Shown here piece by piece: positions 37,509 through 50,474 of a stretch of DNA of 64,000 nt. Numbering within the stretch: position 1 is the stretch's first letter; each line of letters opens with the position of its first letter. Source of the DNA: Octopus sinensis. Its lineage: Eukaryota. Both the position numbers and the translations under genes were made by a program. The stretch covers positions 52,018,001-52,082,000 of the forward strand of contig NC_043002.1 of assembly GCF_006345805.1 (NCBI RefSeq), given 5' to 3'. Below the pieces are notes generated by a model, which was given only the letters and a program-made list of their open reading frames with translations, ran no database searches and was not told where the DNA came from.

Positions 37509-39354
37509 CGTGTGTATTTTAATAATACTGAAACTCTAGAGATGTTTGTTTGTACCTGAAATATCTCAGAAATAGTATATTTCATCTTAATTTTTTTTGC
37601 ACATTTATTTTCATACTTACCTTCAGCAGAGCAGTACAAATTTTTGTGACATTTGGACCCCTATTCATTAATGAAAATGAGTAATTACAATTTTTGTTTG
37701 TTATTTCTTGATGGAAAAAAAACATGGCCTTCATGATGTCAACAGACATACAGAATATACACACATGCAGAATATCATGGTGTGTCAATGAACACAAACA
37801 CACGTCTTCTATCAGTGACATATACACATACATAGTCTTTGTGCTCTCTAAGAAAAAGAAAATGTTGACTTTTGATGTACAGAATATTTTAATCATTTAG
37901 AAATATTAACTGAATGTGATTTCAAAAATGTAAGTTATTTGAACAGTAACTCTTTCTATTTTAGCTTTCTTTAAACAGACAATATTTTAATGTTTTTTTA
38001 AAATTATTTTCAAGTCGTTAATTTCCATAAAAATTTTTTATTTATTTACTTTTGTTTTAAAGTGAAAGATGTTTGTACATGTATATGAAATGGACGTGTG
38101 TGTGTGCAAAAGAGAGAGAGAGAGTGATAGGAAAAAGAAATAGAATGAGTGATAAGAAAAGAGAGAGTCAGTGAAGGAGTGTGTTATGTATATGTACATA
38201 TATCAATACATATGCATACATCTTTTTGATATGTACTTGTGTATGTGTGTATGTGTGAGAGAGAGAGTGAACATGTGTATTCTCATGTATGTGTAAGTGA
38301 CTCTCTCTTTCTCACACGTCCATTTCATATACACATTCTTACATCTTTCACTATCTCCTTTCTTCCACTTTAAAACAAAAGTAAATAGATAAAAACTTTT
38401 TACAGAAGTTAACAAACAAAACCAACTGATCCAGATGACAGTTCTGAGAGTCAAAGCAAAAGATTGCCCCTAAGGGAATACCATTACAAAAATTTTTCTG
38501 AGTGCATTTAACATATCTCAGCACTAAAGACTTGGCTGCTATTTCTATAACAGCTACTTGCAATAAAGGACTCAAAACACCTGTTACGAGGGTTTTAAAA
38601 GTCCAAATACATGTTAAATAAATACTGTAAATATGGTGTCCCTACTTTGCGGAAACCAATCTACCATGATAAATGAGGAATCACTGTGTTTCGGCTGGAT
38701 ATGGCCAGTTTAAATACTAAAGTGTTAAATAATCCTGCCTGCTAAAGGCACAAGGCCTGAAATATTGGGGGAGTGGAATACTCAATTACATAGACCCCAG
38801 TGCTCAACTGGTACTTATTTCATCGACCCCAAAAGGATGAAAAGCAAAGTTGACCTCAGTAGAATTTGAATTCAGAATGTAAAGACAGACAAAATGTCAC
38901 AAAGCATTTTGCCAGGCAAGCTAATGATTCTGCCAGCCTTAATCTTCCATTAAATAATAACACAATTTCTAATACAGAAGTATAATGGCTGCAAGTTTAA
39001 TATACAGAACTACTGAACAGGGGCTGAAATGATACTACAGATATTGCACTGTTCTCTGAATAAGGCACATAACTCAATCTGTGGGGCTGATAAAACAAGT
39101 TTCTTTCTTACTTCAAATATGACAGGTTAGTACTAGAAAGATGCTTCCAGATGCATAATCAAGCTTTGTTCAACCAGTGTAAAAATTAGATGATACCAAT
39201 TTAAAATCACTTCATATAATATGTGGTTGGAACACTTCAAGATTCAAGAATTTTTTTACTAGTTTTAATTATATTCATTCTGTACCAGAACAGGTGGTGC
39301 AGAAAAATAAAACAGAAAAACAGGAGGTAGTGGGTAAAAAAACGAAATACATAC

Positions 39355-39530
39355 TTCTGAAAGTTCATGTCATTTCCTGAATGATCAACACACTGCCAGT
39401 AATCATAAAACTGATCAGGGCAATGAGTTTTCACTTTACTAAAGAACTCAAAACCACAACGTGTAACTTCTTTGCCTTCATTTAAACAACGCCTAGGGTC
39501 ATTTGTCTCATCTCTACACAGCATGAATTC
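39355..39530 (-). CDS. NDUFA8: NDUFA8 exon 2
   Basis: EFMLCRDETNDPRRCLNEGKEVTRCGFEFFSKVKTHCPDQFYDYWQCVDHS..., containing DPRRCL.EG and CX9C motifs. CAG/GTATGT boundaries. Confidence 0.95.
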
Positions 39531-40958
39531 CTGGAAAAAAAAATGCAAATAATATGGTTGACTATTTATAGCAAGAATCACAAACAAGAGAATGATTGCC
39601 AAAAGATACTCCTAATTTAGAGTTGCTCAGACTAAATAGATCCAAGAGGCCTGATCTAATACACCAACAAATCAAAGATACTTCGATAATGAACACTCTG
39701 TCTTTTTATTTTCTTAACAGCCATAGTACTTAGGGCTATATTATCCAGTGTGTTCTAAGATAGTAAGGGATTATTTGAGAGAGATTTGGTTGCTATTTTA
39801 TAGCAGTTTAAGTGACTGCAACGAAATTCCCACTCTTTGCTCATGTAAACAAATTGTTGATCATGTATTTACCAATTTAACTCTCCTCTATTTTATCTCC
39901 TTACTTAAAATATACTTTAATCCACAGAACTGTTAGTCAGTTTTACCTCTTCTATTGCCTGCACATATATCTGTATGCATGAATGTATGTAGACCAGTGA
40001 CAACTTTTTTCTGCTGTTCTCAATTCCAGGCCGTTCTCTCCCAGTCCCTGTTGGTTTTGAATTATCAATGATACTTTTGTAACTTTGCGCTTTTTTTAGG
40101 GAGGAGCGTTGGGCCTAAACAAGCAAATTTTTACCTTTGAGAAGTGATCCGTATTAGCCTACTCTCTATCCTTTAACTTGTCTAGCGTTTGAGGCCCTAT
40201 CAACAGCCTGCACTCCCTGGCATAATTCCCTTGTTGACACACAAACAAACCACCACACCGTAGTAGGTGTGTCTGTTCTTAGGACCTGAATCCACGTTTT
40301 AAATCGAAACAACCAACACACAGTTATAGCGTTGAATTTCTCATTCTGATATTGTCTGTCGTAAAGAAGCAACTGATATGGTTGGCAACAAAAAAGGCAT
40401 CCTTCCGTAAACCACTATTTCAGAAGACTCGTACAAACCCATACCGGCGTGAAAAAAGGGAACAAATAATGATGAGTGCGTTGAGATAAAAAGGACAATA
40501 ATTATAGTCTGTTCACTCCCTAACTTAGATATGTTAAATAACATTCTTAGTGCAAAATCCCAGCAGTTAATGATATATTGCAATTATGCGATTTCTATTA
40601 CAATTTTAACCAGAAAAATACTCGAAGATACAGGAGCAACTGATGGGGCCGCTATATAGTCGCTCATCTACTCGTTCAGGACTGGCCTGGGGCTGAGCAA
40701 AACAACAATAGAGTTAAAATACAAGCATAATACTATCATTAGGGCGATACTTGTTATGGATATTTCCCCTTCATTCTGAAAACGTAATAATGCAAGGACT
40801 CAGAACTATGATATACTTTATTCTGAATGGATGATGGATAAAAGGAGATCTCAGTATGCACTGAGCTAAATACATGAAAAACGAACAAGGTGAACCGACT
40901 AAAAATATTTAAGTCACCCTTTGATAACCTTGCACACAGTAAAGGTATAAGTACTTAC

Positions 40959-41087
40959 TTTGCACTGGTAGTCACAGTATTTACCATAATACAATGAACC
41001 AGCTCGTAGTACGGATGAAGTGAGTTGCAATTCTGGTACATCTAGCTCTTCGTGACTGGGAAGCCAGTCTTCTTCTCGAAACGGCAT
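40959..41087 (-). CDS. NDUFA8: NADH dehydrogenase (complex I) alpha subcomplex subunit 8, exon 1
   Basis: MPFREEDWLPSHEELDVPELQLTSSVLRAGSLYYGKYCDYQCK, LP..EEL.V.E motif, GTAAGT donor. Confidence 0.92.
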
Positions 41088-41720
41088 GTTTGTCCTTGGT
41101 CGGGAAAAACTCAACCAAAACACACTCACTATAGCTGGCCGCTTACGAAAGTGAGTTAAGGCCGCTTAGTATGCTATCATGCAGCTCTCTCCAAAGTACT
41201 TGTTATATGTATATATAAAATATATATATTACATTATTTTGAAACTATCTATGTAAGAAACAAATTTTATTATTATTAAAATGTCAGAAAGAATTATATT
41301 ATAACGAACTCACATACAGACATACGATTACATATAAACAAAGTGAAAAAGAGGGAGAGAAAAGAGTAATAGAGTAATCTATTACTAAAACGACGTCAAT
41401 TAAAGGAAGACAAGATATCAATTAAAATAATGGGAAATGTACGAAAATGACTTGGCTATCGATTAGATGAAATGAAACAATAACCGGAAATTAATTCTTT
41501 TAAAATGATTATCTTGACTGTTATATCTTGTAATACGGTTATACCATGTAATATAGACTGTTACATCTTGTAATATATAACTCTTGTTGAGACAGATATA
41601 CATATTTCTTCATAATTTTTTTTCCTGAGAACAAAATAAAAATATATGCATTATATGCAGATCTTTCTCCCTACCTGTGCTTCCCCGTCTGTCTGTCTAC
41701 CTGTCTCTCTCACCTCTCTC

Positions 41721-42765
41721 CTCTGGCTTTACCTGGACAGTGAGCAGGTGTGGTCTCCGTTCGTCAAGCTGTTATTTCCACAGTTCACATCGTTTACCAA
41801 ACTAAACCCATGGATCAAGTGTAGACCGAGGTTGGGCGTGTGGCATGTAGAGTGCCATCAGGCACTCGTGCTTCTCTTCCAGTCGGGCAACGCCGGTGGC
41901 GGGGGTACTACCTCGTTCTTCTATAGAGGGTTAGTAGAGTTTAAGTGTGACGACGTCCTGGGAGAAACCCTAGGCTTCGACGAAAATCAACTAGCCAGCT
42001 TGTTCCAAAGAACATTCGGTCCGGGGCCTATGGATAATTACCAAAAGTCCCTGGCCTGGCAATGTTTCAGAGGAGCTTTACCGGTTCGAGATAAGCTCTT
42101 TAGACATGGGTGTGCACCTTCACCGGTTTGTGCAAGATGAGGGAGGGACAGTGAAACTGTCCTGCACGCGATTGTGCAATGCCCCAAGGTGACTGAACTC
42201 TGGGCTTATGTGGAACACCTGCTGACGCATTCGAGAAGAGTACAACTGTCGAGCGAATCTGTAATTAAGATCGTTCCGCCGACCTCCCTGAATAGGGAGG
42301 AGCGAGCCTGTTTTCTCTCGGTAGTTGCTGTGGCGAAAGAGGTAGTATGGAAGACGAGAGTGAAAGGAATTGCAACAAGCATGTTTATCTCCAGTCTCGA
42401 GCTAATCGACTTTTTCGTTTTCCACATGAAACGGAAAATAAGGCTGGAGAAAAAATGCCTGTCGCAAAGTGTGTTTCGTAAAAGATGGAAGTATATAGCA
42501 AGTATGTTGCGAGTGAAAGAACCTGTTTAAACGAGAATGTAAAAAAGGAGAAAGCAAAGTCTTCAGTGTGAGTATGTGGTTTGTGGGGTCAACTGCGTCC
42601 TCCGCTTCATTTTTTGTTAATCACTCATTCTCATTTAATTGTATATATTTTAATTGTTTGTTTATTCATACGTTTCGTCTCATTCGATACCCTGACCCCA
42701 ACGTTTGTTTTGTCTGTCTCCGTATTGTCCCCTCTTTTTCTCAACCTCATGGTGAATAAAGAAAT
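41721..42765 (+). mobile_element. 3' fragment of the same Tx1 family
   Basis: Closely similar to the reverse complement of 25446-26470. Ends TGAATAAAGAAAT. TCTCTC on both flanks (41715-20 and 42766-71) is a candidate target-site duplication. Confidence 0.9.
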
Positions 42766-42790
42766 TCTCTCCTGCCCTATCTCTGCATAT

Positions 42791-42850
<60 letters not shown>

Positions 42851-42942
42851 CGTTTGTAGAAAACATAAATCCGAAAGAAAAAGCACGCTCTAAGATGTAG
42901 AGCAGTGTACATTAAAGTATTAAAGTGGGGAAGGCTGGTCTC

Positions 42943-43005
42943 TGGGATTACCTTAGGTTTCTTGTCCATAAAGGGTTTAGCTTTATGGCGTATCATCAGA
43001 TCCCA
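42943..43005 (-). ncRNA. Type-I hammerhead ribozyme (left arm of palindrome)
   Basis: UGGGAU-CUGAUGA-uacg-CCAUAAAG..CUUUAUGG-acaa-GAAA-CCUAAGG-UA^AUCCCA. Perfect 6-bp stem I. The base of stem II is mismatched. Confidence 0.7.
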
Positions 43006-43057
43006 AAGCCTTTTGGCCCATGACCTCTTCAAAAACTTTACTCCGGGTCAACTAGTT

Positions 43058-43120
43058 TGGTGATCTGACGATATGCCATAAAACTAACCCTTTATGGACG
43101 GGAAACCTAAGGTAATCCCA
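43058..43120 (+). ncRNA. Type-I hammerhead ribozyme (right arm of palindrome)
   Basis: UGGUGAU-CUGACGA-uaugCCAUAAA..UUUAUGGacgg-GAAA-CCUAAGG-UA^AUCCCA, an inverted copy of the 42943-43005 motif. Confidence 0.65.
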
Positions 43121-43155
43121 TTAACCAGCCTTCCTCATTTTTGATATATGAGTGT

Positions 43156-43450
43156 GTGGAGTCGCAATGGCCCAGTGGTTAGAGCAGCGGAGTCGCGGGC
43201 GTAGGATCGCGGTTTCGATTTCCAGACTGGGTATTGTGAGTGTTTATTGAGCGAAAACATCTAAAGTTCCGCGAGGCTCTAGCAGGGGGTGCTGGCGATC
43301 CCTGCTGTACTCTTTCGCCGCAACTTTCATCTTCCTTCTGTTGGCCTGCTCGCTTAGCTAGCGGGGTGGCGTCATTTGAAGGCTAAAACAATGCGAAGCG
43401 CATTGTGACCAGCGATGTGTAGCAACATCTGATAGCCTGGTCGGTCACGT
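43156..43450 (+). mobile_element. tRNA-derived SINE family C with 13-bp TSD (related copies at 22565-22815, 33285-33550, 34500-34895, 34945-35270)
   Basis: TGGCCCAGTGGTTAG A-box and GGTTTCGATTTCC B-box. TSD GATATATGAGTGT at 43143-55 and 43451-63. Confidence 0.85.
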
Positions 43451-45699
43451 GATATATGAGTGTAGGACAAAAGCCCCACGGTTATATTTTTCGGGGTTTT
43501 TTTTCACCTTTTACTTGGCCATACTGGGACACTGCCTTGAAGAATTTTTAGTCGAACGTATCGACGCCAGAATTTTTTTTTTAATTATTTTTACTTGTTG
43601 CAGCAGTTATCACACTTCGGCCATGCTGGAGCACCACCTTGAAGAATTTTTAGTCGAATGTATCAACGCCAGAATTTATTTTGTTTTTACTTGTTGCAGT
43701 CATTACACAGCGGTCATGCTGGGGCACACCTTGAAGAATTTTTAGTCGTAGAAAAATCAGCATTTTAAAATTTGAATTTAATGTCTTTTGTTTTCTTTTT
43801 TCACCACTTACTTAATGAGAATGAACTGACCTTTTGAACTTTCTCTGGACGTTGAAAGTCTAACAGAATTTTGGCTCCTATACGATTGTACCGTCATCGT
43901 GTGATTCTAGCAACTCAGTGGTTTAGCTGTGTCATTATCGCCTCACCATCCATTGGTCTTGATTCGCAGCTGGCCGGTTCAAGCGTATGTTACTAATGTC
44001 TATGGACGCTGCCGGCAAGTGCCTAAAATGCGCTTAATATATAGCTGATGTCCTTATCAGAAAAAGCGTACCAAAGATGAAATTGTCTAATGAGATCCTG
44101 TTTTACCAGATATCTTAGTAGTCGGTTCCTTAATTGAGTGAATCGCGTTCGTGTTATTTAGTTGTTTTTGCATCAAATACAGCAACCTGGATGCTAATTC
44201 TCAGCGTTTTGGGGTTACCAAACCTTCTACTCCAAACTGAAACTCAACTTAATCTTCAAGCTAATTCGTCCTATGTCTGTTGATGATATTGATAACTTAC
44301 ATATCGCTAACCCAGTCCCTTCTCACTCTCTTCTTCGAGTGGAAGCAAGGTCCGGTTGAACATCCTAACTCTATAAACTCATGACAAGTTAGGACCTCTA
44401 CTTCCAATTTCCACCACAACAAAACTAATCTACCGCGCAGCAGGAAAATCAAATTAACTAAAATATTGTATTAATATATAAAATTTTAGCATACTGTAAT
44501 ATTAGATATTTTATGAAGTATAAAGCTGCAGGCATGGCTGTATGGTTAAGAAGCTCGCTTTGCAATGATGTAGTTTCGGGTTTAGTTCAATCGTACAACA
44601 CCTTGGGCAAATGTCTTCTACAGTAGCCCCTAGCCGATCAAAGCATTGTGTATGAATTTGGTAGACGGAAACTGTAGAAGCCTGTCGAATATGTGTGTGA
44701 ATGTGAGTGTGTGTGTTTGTCTTCTTTCTATTGCTTGACTGCTGGTGTTAGTTTGTTTACGTCCCTGCAAATTAGCAGCTTGGCAAATAAGACCTATAAA
44801 ATAAATACCGAACTTTAAAAAATTAAGCATTGGGGTCTATTTGTGAGACTAAATCAGGCATGGGCAACATCCTTCGAGAAGCAGTCTGCATGGAACATGA
44901 CCCATTAACCATCGAGTCGCACCCCTGAAAAAAAAGCTAAGGTAATTTATCGTTAGGTGTGCCATTCAGAAAATCCTGAGGGTTGCATATTGCTCATGAC
45001 TGAACTAAACTCTTCAAGACGGTACACTTGTACGACTGTAGTCCAATGACTAAAACAAGTAAAATATAAGATAAAAAGATTCATGTTTTATGCTTAACTA
45101 AGAACCTAACAATATGCAGAATATATTTTACTGGACTCAGTGTCTTTGGTAAAACATTGAGAATGAGACCATGCAGTGCATAGTTCTTTATTTTAGGTGG
45201 CCTAATCCCACCAAGAACTACTATGAAGAATTGTCTATTTATATTTGTTATATTATTGTCTATTTATAATTGTTATATCATGTTTACAGTATTTTCTATA
45301 ATTTTGCTATTGTGTACCGTGTTCATCAATGCATATATCACAATATTAACCCTCCTAACCATCGGTTAACACGGACAATCGGCTCAAACAAACCCTCTCC
45401 CGTTTAATACGGATTAACAAAGTTCCACTGTTTATTCAGCACATTTATTTATAGAATAGACCCATTTTATTTCCTTTTTGATAAGCCACACCTCTTTAGT
45501 ACACAAAAAGTTTGTCTTTTTTTAAAACCCGATTCTTGATTATATTTCATTACGTAGCATATATTTCATTGTCAGTTGTGGGTTAATATATTTGGTAACG
45601 ATAATATTGAAATAGTTTAATTAATTGAAAAGCAAATATATTTAAAAAATAAACTGAAAAAGCTTTCAGATTAAACAATATCAAACAACCATTCAGCTC

Positions 45700-46060
45700 T
45701 AGCAAAAGTTATTCGTGCTTTTCCGTAAGATAACCGTGCAACACGTCGTCGGGACCGGTTAGTTTTTTTGCCTTTCCTGATAATCGATTAAATTTTTATA
45801 ATTAGAATTAATATATTTTTTTTTTACTATTTTCAGCAGAGCAGTATTTTTTTTTACATTATTTATATTAAAATTAATACAGAAATTCTTATAAGATGTT
45901 TTTTCTTTTTAATGATAGTTGCTAGTAAATAATAATAATCAGCAGCAGTCAGTTCAGTTAAAGAAGCCGTCCCTAAATGTTGTAGATGGCGCCTCTTGTT
46001 CAGTAACAAACTGCTACAGAAGACATGATTTAAAATTATTAGAAAACGGTAAAAAATGAT
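45700..46060 (+). promoter_or_regulatory. Possible 5' end/promoter of the hnRNP U-like gene
   Basis: Repeat-poor stretch with local CpG enrichment, AGATGGCGCC (YY1-like) near 45985 and a possible CG|GTAAAA donor near 46049. Weak evidence only. Confidence 0.25.
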
Positions 46061-49000
46061 ATCCTCTTACAACTAATTTATTTTTATATAATTGTAAAGC
46101 TATTAGGAGTACTTCAGCGTGCTTCTTTTATAGTTCATGTACACATCTTTTTGTATTTGTGAATTTAATTTGAACCCCCTGTCTTACTTGCTATTAAATC
46201 AAAAGCTTTTTTTTTTCTTCCCCTCTGCGATGTCTTCCGTCCACAATTTTATCTTGTCTATCACATGTTTACTTGTAATATTTTCGGAGTAACTCAAGCA
46301 TGTACTCAAACATACACACATACTTATTCGGGGTTTTCTGGTGGCTTTGTAAACCTGGTATATTGTAACCTGGAAAAAATATTTTCGTTTCCAATCGGGC
46401 ATTTTTATTTTGTTTATCCTAGCTGTTTTTTTTTTTCATTTTAATTACGAGGTAATCAAATCAACTCTTTTTCTATTATTAAATTTTGGTAAATTTTAAC
46501 TTCTTTGTTATCTTTGCATTATATTATTTCTCCTTCCTTCTTCTAAGGAATAAAAACCTTTAACACTGTTCATCATTTATTAGGTCAGTCACTGATATAA
46601 ATTTCTGGTTTATCCTTGTATGTCTCCATGAATTTATGCGCAAAATTCTCATAATTTTTTTAAAAATGTAACCTTTATACAACATAAACGTGTTTTTGTT
46701 GAAATAATTTTCTAATAGTTATCTAGCCAGTGATTTTTTTTTCAATTATCGAAAGCTGTGCACAGATAAATAACGGTTTTATCTGGCTGAACCTTGTTTA
46801 GCTCCAGGTCAACCCTGCTCAAGCTGAACTGTAATCAAAATCTTTCAAGTTTCAATCGCCTTTTTCTTTTTAAGTCAATGTGCATCTTGGGTTGAATTAT
46901 CCAATGTCTTTTTTTTTTCTTTACAATTTTGAGGGAGGTTTTACTATTATTTCTAGCAGTTCGAGCGTATTAAACGTTCTCGTTTCAATCCTTGCCTCAG
47001 TACTCAGGTTAGTAGCCAGAAGGTCCAAGAAAGCCTTTAAGTTTGCGAACTGCCCGAGGGTAGTATTTTTTTTTCTCTATTTTAGTCTTCAATTAACAAC
47101 GAAATTCTCTATATTTCTTTTCCCTCGAAAATTAAAATGTTTGTTTACATTTTGCCCCTTCTCATTTCCTTAACTTTTTTCTCTCTCCCACACCGCTCGG
47201 GACTTCGAGACAGAGCTGTTCAGCAAACTTTTCTTTTTCGAGATTTCTCTCTGAAATAATATCAAATGTATATAAATAGTTTGAATGTTTATTCCCATTT
47301 TTTTTTCCATTTTGTTTCTGTGTGTTTCATATTTACCAAACTCAGCATAAAACTGATTTAAAAAGTTTTATATTGGGAAATAAATTGCTAGATTCTCTTT
47401 CACTGGCAAGCACTATGGTGTACACAAATGTTTGTTTTGTAAATTTGGACTTTGATCACTACTAAACATCATTACGAACAGAAGGATAGAAGAAAACCAA
47501 GTAATTTATTTCACATTTTCTCTCTTTTCGCGCCATATAGAAAACAAAATCCAAGTACAGAAATGTCACCACTTACGATTGCAACATAAATCTAAAGATA
47601 ATGTTTCTTTTTAGGTACTCTTATAAGAAGAAAGCAAATATTGACCATCGAATGCTACTAGTAACATTACTGCGTATAGAGATGAAGCCTATTCTTGTGG
47701 TATTTGAACTCCAATCCGTTTAGTATGAAAACTCGTTCATATTGAACAGTGGTTCTCAATTGGGTTCCCACATGACCTCTGAGGGTCCATATAAGAATTT
47801 GGGTGGGGTCTACGCAACAAAATAGTAAATTTGGGATCCACAATAGTATTTTAAGGGCTACTGAAAAAATTTTGCTTTAAATTTAAGTATTGCAAGATAC
47901 AAGTTTCTTTCTCTACCATTTTACATACATAGTTCAGCCCACAAATTAATTTGTGAAAAACAAAATAGGAATCTTGAAAAGAAGTATCTGTAAAACTAGT
48001 TTTTAAACATGGAATGGCTATGGGGTTCACCAGAATAAAATAGTAATCGAAAGGGTCCATAGATAAAAAATGATGGAATTTAGTTTTGTTTTTTACTGTC
48101 TTCACTAATTCAACCATTCTAAAGCAGAATATATAATGAAGCATTTTCTATGTTAGTGATGTGTTATAGAAGCTGTGTGAAGACCATACGCACTGCATTT
48201 TCCTCTGAAAACACAAAAAGTTCATAGCTAATATTTTGAATTAAGAAGTGTGGCTAAAAGAGCAAGGAATGTAACTTCTTACTGTTCAATATAATTTTTT
48301 TTATAGCAGGTGATATAATGCATACACACACACACAAAATGGGTGAGTAGCAGAATGTAGATGAATAGAATATTTGATGCAAAGATACAAATTGAGTTTG
48401 GAAGAGAAGGTATTCTTTAGTTATCTGAATATTTTTCAGCTTTGTGTTTAGACAGAGAGCTTTACATTTTGTTTATTTTGATCTGTACAAAAAAATGACT
48501 ACACTCTGCCAATTTTGATTGCAAAGACTCTAAAATCAATTGTCAGGGTTAGCTGCCATCTTTGTCATATTGATATTGAGTAGATTTCTGGTGGGAGAGG
48601 CTGTTGGTGCATGGGTAACTAATGTTTCCAGGTGAATGATATTTGCAGGTAGAGATGTCCAAAGAAATTCTCCAAAAAAAGATATTTGATTATTTGAATC
48701 TTTTCAATGTAGATGTTGAAGTCACATAACATCAAAGAGAGTGAATGTTTTGGAATATGGATCATGTGGAGTAAATATTTTCTTCAGCCCTGGGTTGACA
48801 ATGTTTTGTATGTGAATTTTGTGGAAGGAAACTTTGGAAACCTGTGTATATGTATATATATATATATAGTGTGCATGTGTGTTGACAAATAGTATTGGAT
48901 TTTGTTTATGTAACTTAGCAGTCCAGCAAAAGAAATGACAGAATAAATATCACACTTAAAAGATATACTGGGGTTCTGTTCAAGACAGTATTTCAGTGTT

Positions 49001-49370
49001 GCTGCAAGGAAAAGAATATAGCAATTGACCCTTTTCCAAATATGAAACCTTGAACCTGAAACTGAAGATTAAAAGTCAAGTTCAGGTTGCACTGCAATGC
49101 TAACAACCAAAGTCATGGAAAGAACATTGGAAGAGAATTAAAGAGAAAACTGTTTTCAGTTAGACTTTAATTAAAAAGTAGATTAATTGGTTTGGTAACG
49201 AAAATGAAATTTCTGATAGTGTGCATGCTGACATCATATGAAGACTCAGAATGGTATAACGCATAGTATTAAAGTAATTTTTGTTTGTTCTGAGAATTCA
49301 CCAACATGGTTGAGGGCCTATAATTTAGAATATGCAATAGAAGCAGTGATTTTTTTTTTTTTCTCAATAG

Positions 49371-49477
49371 ATGGAACTGTATCTTGGAATATATGAGACC
49401 AGAACTTGAGCTGGTTGTTATAGCAAAGAGATTTGGGAATTCTAGAAAAATCCTCATGTACCCTGTTGAATATATTG
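49371..49477 (+). CDS. Candidate upstream exon of the hnRNP U-like gene
   Basis: (T)12-CTCAATAG acceptor and GTAGGG donor. One open frame, WNCILEYMRPELELVVIAKRFGNSRKILMYPVEYI, ends in phase 1, matching the 2-nt overhang at 52503. No homology recognised. Confidence 0.3.
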
Positions 49478-50474
49478 GTAGGGAATCTTTGCAAGCATTG
49501 AAATTTGTTTTCATGTTTAGGCAGAAATGTTGATGTTGTATAAATCTGTCAGAATCACTGCATTAAAGACATTCACAAACACTGCTTTACTTTATATGGA
49601 ATTTTAAGAAGCAGTATGGTGGAAATTTAAAGAAACTAGATTTAGTTATGATGCTGTGATTGGGTTCAGAGTTTTTAAGCTAAACAGTGCAGCATCAGCA
49701 TCCTCATCATTTAACATCTGTTTTCCATGCTGGCTTGAGTTGGGTGGCTGGATAGGAACTAGCGAGGCCAAGGACTGCACCAGGTTCTATTGTCTGGTTT
49801 CTACTGCAGGAGACCCTTCCTAACACCAGACACTTTACAGAGTGTTCTGGGTGTTTTTTAATGTGGCACCAGTACCAGTGCATAAAAAGCATTGGTGCAA
49901 GTACCATATAAACAAAATCACAAGTGATGGTACCATGTAAAAAGCATCCAGTACACTCTGCAAAGTGGTTGGCATTAGGAAGGGCATTCAGCCATAGAAG
50001 CCATGCCAAAACTGACTATAGAACCTGGTGCAGACCTTGACCATGCCAAAAATTAGATTATAAATAAAAATATTTTTCTAAGCATCATTAGGCCCTGAAA
50101 TGGAATATTAATTGATTATATGAACTCTGTGAAGTGTTGGGTAAGCTTTTACTGGCAGAGCTGTAAGACACTATATTCCAAGCCTTTATAATACATGTAT
50201 GGGAGAGTGAAAATATGAGGTGATATAATCAAAAGCTGAGAGATTGCTATCAGAATAACTTAAAACATTAATGGTTTGAAAGAATTTAGTGATCTACAAA
50301 TGGAAATTTTGGGAGAGTGATATAAGGTCATTACTAGAGAATATTTTTCTAGGAACTTAATGTGGATTAGATGGTTGTATGCATTGCAAGCATTTAAAAT
50401 TTTCAAACTTTTCTACAAAAACTGATTTTTTTCTTACTTGGACCACATCCATGCTGAAGTGTTTAGTTGAACAA

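Larger units (their letters stand above)
42923..43140. mobile_element. Palindromic non-coding element with two divergent hammerheads
   Basis: Arms of about 85 bp (42923-43008 and 43056-43140) are reverse complements around a ~47-nt spacer. It lies about 70 nt to the right of a (TA)n tract. Confidence 0.65.

Noticed and set aside
43156-43235. tRNA-like heads with A/B boxes (many copies)
   Set aside because: They continue into SINE bodies with TSDs and do not form complete cloverleaves, so they are SINEs rather than tRNA genes.
45350-45582. TTAA-CCC...GGG-TTAA bounded segment (piggyBac-like MITE?)
   Set aside because: The termini are barely complementary beyond 3 bp, too weak to call.
46199-46402. 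67-aa minus-strand ORF MPDWKRKYFF... and the open frames at 46880-47173
   Set aside because: No recognisable motif, no supporting splice partners, and length within chance expectation.
48480-48800. Minus-strand LCDFNIYIE resembling an APE endonuclease GDFN motif
   Set aside because: A single short motif in stop-riddled sequence. Possibly an ancient LINE relic, but not supportable.
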